In this document: positions 18,801-28,004 of the stretch, in pieces
Layout of the letters: each line of letters begins with the position of its first letter
Numbering within the stretch: position 1 is the stretch's first letter
Virus record (IMG/VR): IMGVR_UViG_3300029822_000863
Coordinates: 1-42,909 of that record
Reading direction: 5' to 3' (one strand)
Source of the DNA: a virus
DNA length: 42,909 nt
Notes under the pieces: generated by a model
What the model was told of the DNA's origin: nothing
The model's input: only the letters and a program-made list of their open reading frames with translations
Databases searched by the model: none
Program-made: the position numbers and the translations under genes

Positions 18801-19208
18801 TCATTCCTGCAACGCGATATCTCGGATTAGAGACGCGTTGGCGCGCTGAATCCGATCACCATACTGGCACAAATAATCTATCGACTCTCGATGTTTGTCG
18901 TGAACTACCACTGAGCTAAAGACTCAGTGGCTTCCTGTTTCATTCCCCTTTCTACTGAAAGCAAGTCAACAGGCTCTTCCCCGCGTTCCGCATTGGAATT
19001 GTAAAATCAAGTGAACCCTTCTCATTTTTAAAAACGTTTTCTTTCTGACATACTCCACACGCTGAAGCAACCGTGCTTTCTCCCTTCAACGCAGTAAGGG
19101 AATGGCTGAGGCATACATCAGGAACCAAGGTTAAGTTGACGCTTACATCCACTAGGCTAAAGACCTAGTGGTTTTACGCTTCTTCCTATAAACCTCGTCG
19201 AGTTTCAT
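18801..19208 (-). pseudogene. 39-aa ORF interrupted by the mini element
   Basis: GGGGG RBS; MKLDEVY (19208-19188) joins DKHRESIDYLCQYGDRIQRANASLIRDIALQE* (18899-18801) in frame. Confidence 0.6.
18900..19187 (-). mobile_element. Non-autonomous IS605 derivative (288 bp) with LE, omegaRNA-like region and RE
   Basis: About 100 bp nearly identical to the LE and tnpA 3' end of 10749..12463; RE ends TTCAC; TTTAT target (ATAAA at 19188-19192); no transposase or nuclease ORF. Confidence 0.9.
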
Positions 19209-19338
19209 CTTCAACCCCCTATACGCATCGAACCAAACACACCGGAGACAATCACAGAGACGTTTTGAACGCATTCCGATACATTTTCACGTACTGAAAT
19301 TTAAACCGCTCAAATCGCCTCAGAATCGGTCTAACGCG

Positions 19339-20925
19339 TTAAGCGCACATTCTGGGAATCGGATAATTTTTCCCGGGATAACTGACAACGATCAGATTTT
19401 TCATCGTCCTCGTGATTGCCACGTACCAAACATATGCCTCGTTTGCTCTCCCCTCTGGCGTTAGGGTTCCTTGTTTTACAATCGGAGGCACTGCAGCATG
19501 TAGAAACACGTGAGTTGCTTCGAGCCCCTTTGCTCCATGGATAGTGAGAATCTGAATTCTGTTTATCCGGCTCTCGTCTATTGTCACAACGCCGTTCTTT
19601 AACATTCCGTTGATTTTCAGCTTGAGCATTGAATCGGCGTTCGTTAGGCGTTCACCAGGATTTCCGGCCCGAACTGCCTGTATAAACCCAGCAGATAAAT
19701 ACCAGCTGTTTAGAGCGTTCACGTTCTGCATATTATTCTCGAAAAACAATTTCAGATCTTCTTTTTTTCCGACATACTGCAGATCGGTTTTTTTAACATG
19801 ATCGATTAATTTTTTGTATTCTGCCACGGTTGGCGTTCTGCCGTCTTTGATCTTTGCAATTGCGTGATATAATATGATTTCATCGTGAGTCCAGCCACAT
19901 ATCCCACCGAACGGAATACCCATTTCTGCTAGGATCTTCGCAACCGCATGACCTTGGTAATTTGTCCTGACAAGGTGAAATGCAGTCTCGTCGTCTGCAA
20001 AATACTTTGCAAACCTCTTTGAAAGGTAAGCCGAAAGTCCTTTGTAGTCTACGACAAGCATAAGCCCATCTTCTTTCGGCGTCTCGATTTTCGGAGCTCT
20101 GTATTTGTTTCGGTCAGTCACCATCCACGCTGCTTTTTTCCACACATTGGCCGGAAGTCTGTGACTTAGCGGGAGTACAACAAGCTCACCCTCCGTATTC
20201 ATCAGATGATCTGGACTTGCCCCCATAAATGAGTAAAGAGTCTGCAGTGGATCACCTGCATAGTACACGGTTTCCGCATCGTCGCTCCACATTTTTGAAA
20301 GCTCATACATAATCGGAGTCATGTCCTGCGCTTCGTCATACATCTGGACAGTACAGTCTGTCATAATCCCGTTTTCAAGTGTCAGGTTAAGCATATCAGA
20401 CCAGTCTATTTTCCCTACTTCTTGTTTGTAAGCTTCGTAATTGCCATAGAACTCTTTCTTTTGACTGAAGGGTATTACTTCTTTGCTGTATACCTTCATT
20501 GCTCCTTTTGTCGGGCCTACCATATTGTTTTTACAATATGTGTAAAATGTAGTAAGCTGGTCCATTTTATCTTTTTCTACACTGTCCCTGTTATTGAATG
20601 AATACCCATATTTCATTCCAAATTCTTTTAAGTCTTTCTTTGTAATGAGGTAACCGTCTTCCTTTTTCACGTCTACGATCCCATTTCTCATTAAAAGAGA
20701 CAGGCACTCTCCGTGAAATGTCCTTACGTTGTTCAGGCGTTTCTCTGGGATTGCACACACACTTGAAACGAAATTCTTCGCGTCGTGTGCGGCTTCTCTC
20801 CGGAATTGCGTGAAAAGAATGTTCTCAGGTAATACCCCGTCGTTCAACGCCGTCTTAAAGTCTTCTGTCAGTCTCCACGTTTTGCCGGTCCCAGGTGCTC
20901 CGTCGTATTTTATCACGTTTGTCAT
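19339..20925 (-). CDS. UvrD/Rep-like SF1 helicase
   Basis: GAPGTGKT, RTFHG, DEAQD, GDPLQTLYSFMGA, TIHGAKGLE, YVAITR. Confidence 0.92.
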   Translation of the reverse strand: MTNVIKYDGAPGTGKTWRLTEDFKTALNDGVLPENILFTQFRREAAHDAKNFVSSVCAIPEKRLNNVRTFHGECLSLLMRNGIVDVKKEDGYLITKKDLKEFGMKYGYSFNNRDSVEKDKMDQLTTFYTYCKNNMVGPTKGAMKVYSKEVIPFSQKKEFYGNYEAYKQEVGKIDWSDMLNLTLENGIMTDCTVQMYDEAQDMTPIMYELSKMWSDDAETVYYAGDPLQTLYSFMGASPDHLMNTEGELVVLPLSHRLPANVWKKAAWMVTDRNKYRAPKIETPKEDGLMLVVDYKGLSAYLSKRFAKYFADDETAFHLVRTNYQGHAVAKILAEMGIPFGGICGWTHDEIILYHAIAKIKDGRTPTVAEYKKLIDHVKKTDLQYVGKKEDLKLFFENNMQNVNALNSWYLSAGFIQAVRAGNPGERLTNADSMLKLKINGMLKNGVVTIDESRINRIQILTIHGAKGLEATHVFLHAAVPPIVKQGTLTPEGRANEAYVWYVAITRTMKNLIVVSYPGKNYPIPRMCA

Positions 20926-21014
20926 TTTGTTTCTCCCTGTCTTTTGTGTATGGCAATTACGAGGTAGATCTTTGAAATTGCCACTCTCCGTCTTTTTCCT
21001 ATATCGCACGTAAG

Positions 21015-21205
21015 CTTTTCTTTTTTCTTTTTTCTTTCTTCGTGCGCGTATATTAAATTCTGTCCCATGTGTCCCGGTTTAAAAATTTTAAAATGGGACA
21101 ACTTTTCGTTATCAGTCGGTTGTCTGTCCCGCTGTCCCGGCTGTCCCACCCATTTTGAAAAAATTTTTCCCTCCTTACGCGCGGACATATGGGACAAAGG
21201 GACAG
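21015..21205. promoter_or_regulatory. Putative iteron-type replication origin
   Basis: TGTCCC at 21061, 21070, 21125, 21133, 21142 and GGGACA at 21095, 21191, 21199, with AT-rich spacers and a pyrimidine tract at 21015-21040. Confidence 0.65.
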
Positions 21206-21213
21206 AATTCCTG

Positions 21214-21936
21214 TTAATTTTCAGATCCGTCATTGTCGTCGGACGGCAAAACGTGTTCAATCGCCTCTTTTGTTATCCACCAAGCGCGTTCCCTCTTTTC
21301 TCCTATGCGTATCCGTGGGTTTCCCTTCTTCTTTATTTTTCGGGTATTGAGTATATCGCTGACTCTACCAATTTGCATTTTAACGCCAATGTCTTTCATA
21401 AGGCTTGCAATACAGTCAGCTTTTGCACAGTAGAACGTTTCTCCGTTGCTGTCTTCAATCTTTAACATGCACCTATCCGAAGTCGTGGTGTCATACCAGA
21501 TTTTCTTATCTTCTGTAATGCTAAACTTGGCCATGTTCTCAATCAATCTGTCTGTCTCGATCCATTCGGTGCTTTCCTCCGGCTCAACTACCTTACAGAC
21601 GTTTTCAATTGCAAGTTGGAACTTAATCCAGAGGTTCGGTTCCCCTTTCTCAGGCTTCTTTGTCAGATCGTGTGGTAGGAAAATCCCAAACCTAGACTTG
21701 AATAGATTGTTGAACATGCCTGGACCCATCATCAATTTTTCGTTGGCAATTTCAATGACACCGTGTGTTCCGCGGTAATACATTTCAAATCTCCATACGG
21801 CACCGTCCGATGGTGTGAACCCGAGCAGCTTTTCTACTTTGACAATTCCGCGGTAAAATAAAGGTAAATCGAGTTCAATTTCCTCTTCTGGTGTTGCTTT
21901 TTTTGGTGCTCCGTGCTTTTCTTCGTTAAAATCCAT
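21214..21936 (-). CDS. Hypothetical protein, candidate origin-binding/replication initiator
   Basis: 240 aa, ends at the iteron cluster, upstream of the helicase; winged-helix-like C-terminus. Confidence 0.65.
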   Translation of the reverse strand: MDFNEEKHGAPKKATPEEEIELDLPLFYRGIVKVEKLLGFTPSDGAVWRFEMYYRGTHGVIEIANEKLMMGPGMFNNLFKSRFGIFLPHDLTKKPEKGEPNLWIKFQLAIENVCKVVEPEESTEWIETDRLIENMAKFSITEDKKIWYDTTTSDRCMLKIEDSNGETFYCAKADCIASLMKDIGVKMQIGRVSDILNTRKIKKKGNPRIRIGEKRERAWWITKEAIEHVLPSDDNDGSEN

Positions 21937-22143
21937 GTTTTATCCTCCCAATTTACTAACAGTATCCCCACTTAGACAATAAATTATTTATAGGAAGAAC
22001 GACATATAATATATTATAGACGTGCTTCATTGTTTGTTTTGTCTCCATTTGGGGGTTAAAATCCCCCTTCTCTCCAAAATCTTTTTTCGGTATCTTCTAT
22101 ATATGTCACTGAACTTATTTAATATTTACTGTTTTCAAAAATT

Positions 22144-22704
22144 TTATTTGGAGTGTTTATTTTCTATCATATATATTTTATTAAGTTCGTTTGGATCAAA
22201 TCTTATTAAGATTCCTTCGGGAAACCCATTTATAGGGACTGTAAACCACCCAGTTGTATATCTTCCTTCTGTAGTTGAATAACCGTGTGTTCTTTCCCAA
22301 TATTCAACGATAAGGTCATTCAAACATTTTTTAAGTTTATCAACTATAATTATGTAACCGTCTATGAATTTTGTTTTTGTTTCGTCTAGCCACACGTATA
22401 AAATAACGTCGGCTGTGGTTGTATATACCCAACCAAATTTGCGCTTTTCTACCATGGAATCGGTTTCTAATAAAATATCAGAATATTTATAATACCGATA
22501 ATCACGTGTTTTGACTTCGAAATTTGCAGGATTGAAATCTACACTGAAGTCAACGCCCTTCCGTTGTCGTTGTGTATGCTCTTTACATTTTCCATAAATC
22601 CATTCAGTCACAAAAGGTTTTAAAATGGTTATGAAATTGTCTATAACCATTTTCTCCCCCATTGCTCCAAATTTAAGTCTTTCGTCAAACGAATGATCGC
22701 TCAC
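22144..22704 (-). CDS. PD-(D/E)XK restriction-endonuclease-like protein
   Basis: GVDFSV...FEVKTR...ILLET motifs; GTGA overlap with the methylase stop. Confidence 0.7.
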   Translation of the reverse strand: MSDHSFDERLKFGAMGEKMVIDNFITILKPFVTEWIYGKCKEHTQRQRKGVDFSVDFNPANFEVKTRDYRYYKYSDILLETDSMVEKRKFGWVYTTTADVILYVWLDETKTKFIDGYIIIVDKLKKCLNDLIVEYWERTHGYSTTEGRYTTGWFTVPINGFPEGILIRFDPNELNKIYMIENKHSK

Positions 22705-24392
22705 ACCTGATTCCCCCACGCAGCCCAATCTTCCCTTTTCTGTCTCGCAAACATTTCTAAGTAATTGCAACATGGCATCATTTTTTCAATCATGTCATAA
22801 ACACAATCTGGTTTTTTGCTGTGCCCTTCTCGCCTTGCCCTTATTACGCTTGAAAATCTGTTTTCTGGGGCAGGAACCCTTGGCGACCCTCGTGTACCGA
22901 CTAATAACAATTCGTGCTGTCCTCTGAACCAGTAACCCATTCCTATTAATTCTTTATCCCACACCGCGCACGTTTTGTAAGTGAATCCCCATGCTTTTAA
23001 GACTTCAAATGCTTGTTCAAGTTTCGGAGCAGTCGCCCACATGAACATAACACAGTCATCATCAGCCGGAACATTCAAACCTTTTATTTCTTCTAAAGTC
23101 ATTGTAGGATACTGGTTTTCTATCTCTCTGTTCTTTGTTTCTGCAAAGTCATATCTCCAAGGAGGATCACAAAGAATCACATTATATCGTTTGTCGTCTT
23201 CGTCTTCCAGGTCAGCAATAGAATTCAACTTCTCTGCTTCTAGCCGTTCCTGTTCTGCCCTAAACAGTTCGAGTTTTTCTTTTTCTATGCGTTCCTGTTC
23301 TCTCTGGAATTGCACGCGCCGTTCTTGTTCTATGCGTTCTTGTTCTTCTATCTCCTTTCCAATTCTTTCTTTTTCAATTCGTTCTTTCTCTTCCTGTTCC
23401 TTTCTTATTTTAGCTCGTTCTTCTTCCTCTTTTGCGAGTTCAAGCTTTCGTATCCGTTCCTGTTCTAATCGCTCTTTCATTTGCTTTTCTTTCTCTACGC
23501 GTTCCTTTTCACGTTCGATTCTTTCTTTTTCAAGACGCTCTTTTTCTTGCTGTTCTCGAATCTCCCTTTCTTTTCTAAGTCGCTCTCTTTCTTCGCGTTC
23601 TTTTTCTTCGCGTTCTTTCCTCAATTGTTCTGCAAGTTGTCTTTTCTTCTCTTCTGCTTCCTTTATTTGCCTGTCTCTCTCTTCGCGCTGAATTTCCCGT
23701 ATTGTATTTTTTGCGGCATTTTCAAGTGAAGCGGCATTATCTTTTCTGTAATCGCTTAATATTCGTAAGGCGACGGCGGCTCTTGTGTATGCGTTATTGC
23801 CAACATTTAACAACTTTGTAAATTTGTATGCTTGGTTAATGCTTACATTACCTGCCTTTATTTCCTGTTCAAGTTCCCCCAGTGCTTCCTTCGGAACGTT
23901 TGATTTTATTTCTTTTACTTTGTAAATTGTATCGTGGGATACTCCGGCGATTTTGGCTAATTCTTTCTGTGTGTCTACTGAATCTAACGTTTTCACAGAT
24001 ATCTGTGAAAACGTTGTATTCCCAATTTTCTCATTCATAGTGTTTGCTGCAATTACTTTGTTCTCCTTCGCTTTCTCCTTAAAAAACTCCTCTAACATTA
24101 AACTCAATCCAGACCGGGTGTAATTGTCTAAATTCCTACGCCCGAGCTGGTTCTGAATCATCCAAATCCTAACGTCGTTCCTTGAAGCGAATTCCTTTTC
24201 TTCTGTCTTGAAGGCAATTCCATGTTTAGTGCATATTGCATAACGGTTATGCCCGTCTACAATAACCCCGTTCCAAAGTATAATTGCCTCTCTGCAACCT
24301 TCTGTTAAAATTGACTGTTCGAGATTAAGAACCTCTTCAACTGCCAAAGGTGGAATTAAATCTTTAAACTCTTGATCTATTTTTATTTCCAT
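22701..24392 (-). CDS. ParB-like domain + charged coiled coil + MT-A70-family adenine methyltransferase
   Basis: N-terminal IVDGHNRY; E/K/R-rich helix; YNVILCDPPW, MFMWAT, HSKKP, YLEMFAR. Confidence 0.88.
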   Translation of the reverse strand: MEIKIDQEFKDLIPPLAVEEVLNLEQSILTEGCREAIILWNGVIVDGHNRYAICTKHGIAFKTEEKEFASRNDVRIWMIQNQLGRRNLDNYTRSGLSLMLEEFFKEKAKENKVIAANTMNEKIGNTTFSQISVKTLDSVDTQKELAKIAGVSHDTIYKVKEIKSNVPKEALGELEQEIKAGNVSINQAYKFTKLLNVGNNAYTRAAVALRILSDYRKDNAASLENAAKNTIREIQREERDRQIKEAEEKKRQLAEQLRKEREEKEREERERLRKEREIREQQEKERLEKERIEREKERVEKEKQMKERLEQERIRKLELAKEEEERAKIRKEQEEKERIEKERIGKEIEEQERIEQERRVQFQREQERIEKEKLELFRAEQERLEAEKLNSIADLEDEDDKRYNVILCDPPWRYDFAETKNREIENQYPTMTLEEIKGLNVPADDDCVMFMWATAPKLEQAFEVLKAWGFTYKTCAVWDKELIGMGYWFRGQHELLLVGTRGSPRVPAPENRFSSVIRARREGHSKKPDCVYDMIEKMMPCCNYLEMFARQKREDWAAWGNQV

Positions 24393-24406
24393 TGGTCTTC
24401 CCCCGA

Positions 24407-24811
24407 TTACTTTTTATTTAATTTGTTATCCATTTCTTCATCACTGAGTATGTCTAATTTGAATCTTATTCCAGAGCTTGTCTTACTAAAACACATTATA
24501 TGATTTACATTTGAAAATGCCTTCTGTATTTCTGTATACAACGGACCATTGGTCCACAACAATCTAAGATTATTACCTTTTTGGTGTGTAGTGTTTTCTC
24601 TCGTAATACAAGCATTGTAGCATTTGTCATTAAACTCTATAATAACATCCTTACGTTTTCCTTTCCTAAACTGTTCAGCTTTCCAAAATGATTGAACATT
24701 AAGCGATTCGTTATTATCAGACTCATACGGAGCCATCTGTATACCACACTTGTTTATACTGTCCATCTTTTTTACAGCACACTTATTAATTATTCTCATT
24801 GAATTTTCCAT
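24407..24811 (-). CDS. Hypothetical protein (AT-rich)
   Basis: ORF with GGGGGA RBS before MENSM. Confidence 0.55.
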   Translation of the reverse strand: MENSMRIINKCAVKKMDSINKCGIQMAPYESDNNESLNVQSFWKAEQFRKGKRKDVIIEFNDKCYNACITRENTTHQKGNNLRLLWTNGPLYTEIQKAFSNVNHIMCFSKTSSGIRFKLDILSDEEMDNKLNKK

Positions 24812-24897
24812 ATATTTTCCCCCGTTACTTTGATCTATTTGCAATCTTCAGTTTCCAACTTATTAACTCCCTTAAGAAAAATAGAAGAGTGAATTAA

Positions 24898-25293
24898 TCA
24901 CCCTTCTATCATTTTCAATATTTCCTGTGCTCTTTCTCTGTTTCCAATCAAAACCGTGTTTTCAATGTAGCATTCGAGGGCGAGTGTGATTGTGGATAGA
25001 ACGTCTTCTGGAACTTCGTTGACCCATTCGTTGTTTGTTTCTTCGACGTCAGATTCCCTGTATCTCCTCTCGATCTCGATGACTTCTTTCGTGGCCATTA
25101 CTCCAGCGTTTATCAGCGCGGCCCGTGTGTTCTTGTAGATTGCCATAAAACGATGGTTTTTCGTTGATTCCGGGTCAGTGAATCGTTTTCTTGCAAGTTT
25201 GTCGAAAATTTCAACGGATGCCTCAGTTTTGAATTCCTCTCTTCCTTTGTTTGTCGATAATTTTTTAAGTGTCATTTTGTCGATCCCTTTCAT
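24898..25293 (-). CDS. Hypothetical protein
   Basis: 131 aa in a co-oriented gene run. Confidence 0.6.
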   Translation of the reverse strand: MKGIDKMTLKKLSTNKGREEFKTEASVEIFDKLARKRFTDPESTKNHRFMAIYKNTRAALINAGVMATKEVIEIERRYRESDVEETNNEWVNEVPEDVLSTITLALECYIENTVLIGNRERAQEILKMIEG

Positions 25294-25312
25294 GTTTATT
25301 ATTCCCCCTTGT

Positions 25313-25513
25313 TTACCAGTCCTTCTTGTACTCTATAATATCGCCTGCTGCGAATCTTCTATATATTCCACAATATCGTTTGTCGTGCTCGACATTGCAA
25401 ATGCGGCTACTCTCGTCCCAACATTCGCATTTTTTCATATGCTCGCATTCAATCACGTTCTCAAAGAAGAGATTTTTTACAAGTTCAAGTGGTCTGCATG
25501 GTATCGATGCCAT
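25313..25513 (-). CDS. Small Cys-rich protein
   Basis: 66 aa with several Cys, GGAGG RBS. Confidence 0.55.
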   Translation of the reverse strand: MASIPCRPLELVKNLFFENVIECEHMKKCECWDESSRICNVEHDKRYCGIYRRFAAGDIIEYKKDW

Positions 25514-25514
25514 G

Positions 25515-26765
25515 TTATTTTCCTCCTATCGCATTTAGGCTCATTTCAAGTAATTCTATTGCGTTCCTTATTTTCGACGCGCATGATTGTTTGTACTGTT
25601 CGTCTGTTATTGTCCCGTTTCTGGCGCGCGTCAGATCGTCGATTCCAGAGATTGTCAACGTCTTTGCAATTTCCATTTGTTTGATTCCGAATTCTACTGA
25701 ATCCATGTTCGTCATATCGTCGTATTCGATCGTTTCTATGCTCTCGTCGTTGTCTTCATTTCCTCTACTGCCTCCACCATGTCTTGGGGCTGGCGCCCAT
25801 GCCTTGTGGCTCGTGTTATATCCATATCCCATGCTCGCCCAGTCTTTGTTTTCGTCGTATATGTAATTTTTCTCAGTCGTGACTGTGTACGGGGCATATG
25901 TGTCTGAAAGATTGGGTACATTATACAGTATGTTATCGGACAGTTTGATGTCCCCGCCCTTGCCATATGCGATCCACATGACTGGATCGATTGATTGCAT
26001 GAACACGTTGTGGTTGATCGTTGTATTATGAACCCATCCCTCTAGTTCTATATACCCTGCCCCCGTGCCGCGAGTTGTCTGCGTGAATGTGTTGTTTGTC
26101 ACGCTGCAGTTTCCTGCGTTATATACCCTGATGCACGTGTTTATCATCAGATCAAACACGTTGTTGTCTATGTCTACGTCCGTTGTTTTATACAGGCTTA
26201 TCGAATCGTGTCCAGCACATTGAAAAATACAATTTTCCACTGTGATGTTTGACGATTCGGTGCTTCTGATACCATCACTCAGCAGCAGTGTGAATTTGCA
26301 GTTGTATATTTCGACATCGTCTGATTTTTCAATTTTGATGCCATTCCGGGCTTCTCTGAGTCCGCCAATCTCGGATCTTCCCCCGTTCTGGTGTTGGTGC
26401 TGTGTGTTCCGGGCCGGTCCCTGGAAGACGATGTCCCTAATTGTCACTCCGTGTGCGCCATTCAGGTAAATCATCGCCGGATTCGATTCACTGTTGATGT
26501 CATCGAATGAATCTGTATATATTATCGTTCGTCCATTTACACTGCCCGCAATTTCAATGTCGTTTTTTGCGACAATTGCAGAATTGATTTGGTATGTCCC
26601 AGGATGCACCTTCACGGTGTCGCCGTGGGTTGCCGCGTCGATCCCCATCTGGATCGTCTTGTAAGTACAGTTTGCACCTACTTCGATTGTCTCCGCGGAG
26701 ACGACTGATGTGAACATGAGTAATGTAATTGCGAACACTGGTAGTATGTTAGCATGTTTCCACAT
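25515..26765 (-). CDS. Secreted right-handed parallel beta-helix (pectin-lyase-like/NosD-like) protein
   Basis: Signal peptide; YKTIQMGIDAATHGDTVKVHPGTY; repeated I-x-N/ITVENC/IDNNVF turns. Confidence 0.85.
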   Translation of the reverse strand: MWKHANILPVFAITLLMFTSVVSAETIEVGANCTYKTIQMGIDAATHGDTVKVHPGTYQINSAIVAKNDIEIAGSVNGRTIIYTDSFDDINSESNPAMIYLNGAHGVTIRDIVFQGPARNTQHQHQNGGRSEIGGLREARNGIKIEKSDDVEIYNCKFTLLLSDGIRSTESSNITVENCIFQCAGHDSISLYKTTDVDIDNNVFDLMINTCIRVYNAGNCSVTNNTFTQTTRGTGAGYIELEGWVHNTTINHNVFMQSIDPVMWIAYGKGGDIKLSDNILYNVPNLSDTYAPYTVTTEKNYIYDENKDWASMGYGYNTSHKAWAPAPRHGGGSRGNEDNDESIETIEYDDMTNMDSVEFGIKQMEIAKTLTISGIDDLTRARNGTITDEQYKQSCASKIRNAIELLEMSLNAIGGK

Positions 26766-26772
26766 AATTTTA

Positions 26773-27060
26773 TCACCGCTTACTGGTCGTGTTTGTCGTC
26801 TGTTTTTCTTGCATTTTTTGTTTTTCTTTCCTGCGTTTTGTCTTTTCTGCCTTGTCTAGTGTACGGTGGATCTGCTCGTCCGTGACAATTCCAAGATATT
26901 TCATTGCGAATCTCATTCCAAACGCCATTGTGTTCTGGCCGTCGTTGATTTTTTCCGCGTATTTTTCTAACAGTTTGTCTATTTTGATTCTGTCGATGTG
27001 TGTCGTTTCTATGTCGTTCGTGTGTATCACCAGGTCAATCCGTGTTTTTTTAGTACACAA
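26773..27060 (-). CDS. Small basic protein, possible regulator
   Basis: 95 aa, first gene of the leftward unit at the divergent junction. Confidence 0.55.
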   Translation of the reverse strand: MCTKKTRIDLVIHTNDIETTHIDRIKIDKLLEKYAEKINDGQNTMAFGMRFAMKYLGIVTDEQIHRTLDKAEKTKRRKEKQKMQEKQTTNTTSKR

Positions 27061-27130
27061 TGTTTTAAGTTTTTTGATTTGATATGCTGGTGTAATTGCA
27101 GTGTCATACGTTATGTTTTTTAATGGTTAT

Positions 27131-27151
27131 ACTGTATTTGTTTAATACAGT
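27131..27151. promoter_or_regulatory. Inverted repeat ACTGTATT-N5-AATACAGT in the divergent promoter region
   Basis: Perfect 8-bp arms read directly between the leftward and rightward gene blocks. Confidence 0.5.
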
Positions 27152-27399
27152 TGCCACATATACTCCCTCAATTATCCCCGTATATCAGATACTGTGAAAT
27201 TGTGTGTATTGATATATAAGCCTTCGTGAGGTCGACTGAAATTTGGTCGAAATCGTGTCCAGTAGACAAGTGGAATAATAAAACGAATTGTATAATTTTA
27301 GGATGTGCGAAACATATTTATATGAGTGTGTGCATATACATGGTTGCTAAGTTTTGCACGTTGGGAGTGTTGAACGAAGCTAAATTTGGGGAGTTATGT

Positions 27400-27633
27400 A
27401 TGGGACACGTTGAAGAAAATGTCGAGAATGTCCCGGTGTTTCGTATGGTTGAGCGTAAAGCATTTGAGGATGCTAGATCCGCACTAACTAAAAAACGCAG
27501 GACTTCGTTGGTGAATTTCATCAATGCGTGCTGCTGGGATCGGATATCTGATGCTAATATGTTCAAAAGAATATACGATGATTGCGAAAAACATATAGAA
27601 TTCATAGATGAAATGCTGGAGACGATGAAATGA
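27400..27633 (+). CDS. Small protein, possible ribbon-helix-helix regulator
   Basis: GGGGAG RBS before ATG 27400; short strand followed by two predicted helices. Confidence 0.5.
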   Translation: MGHVEENVENVPVFRMVERKAFEDARSALTKKRRTSLVNFINACCWDRISDANMFKRIYDDCEKHIEFIDEMLETMK

Positions 27634-28004
27634 ACGACGATGAAATGAACTACGAACCGATTGATGAAATGACACCCGATGAGCTTGTTGATGAAGAAAT
27701 TTTTACCAATGAGCCGTCTGGGTGCGTCAGCCTTCGCGATTTATTCACCGACGGTGATTTCGACGAAAGTGACGATGAAATCCCAGTATCGAAGACAATA
27801 ACTGAAATTGCACAGCCAATTAAAATCATAACTTCGGTTGGTGCCGAAGTAGATAGTAAAGGATTGATAAAACCAAATTGTAAGTTCGTGATCGAACGAA
27901 GCCTGACACCAGACGACGACGAGTTTGACTTCATGGAAACCGATTTTGAAGCACTTGTTGAAAAAGTTAAAATGACAATTGCAGAACTCAAGGGGGAAAA
28001 CTGA
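27630..28004 (+). CDS. Acidic hypothetical protein
   Basis: 124 aa, D/E-rich, ATGA overlap. Confidence 0.65.
   Translation: MNDDEMNYEPIDEMTPDELVDEEIFTNEPSGCVSLRDLFTDGDFDESDDEIPVSKTITEIAQPIKIITSVGAEVDSKGLIKPNCKFVIERSLTPDDDEFDFMETDFEALVEKVKMTIAELKGEN

Noticed and set aside
18952-19152. 66-aa ORF inside the mini element
   Set aside because: It runs antisense through the tnpA remnant and into the omegaRNA; no RBS or TnpB motifs
20922-21260. 112-aa ORF across the iteron cluster
   Set aside because: Low-complexity translation of repeats and A-tracts, no RBS; better explained as a non-coding origin
22981-23729. S/F/R-rich ORFs on the + strand
   Set aside because: Antisense shadows of the E/K/R coiled-coil segment of the methylase
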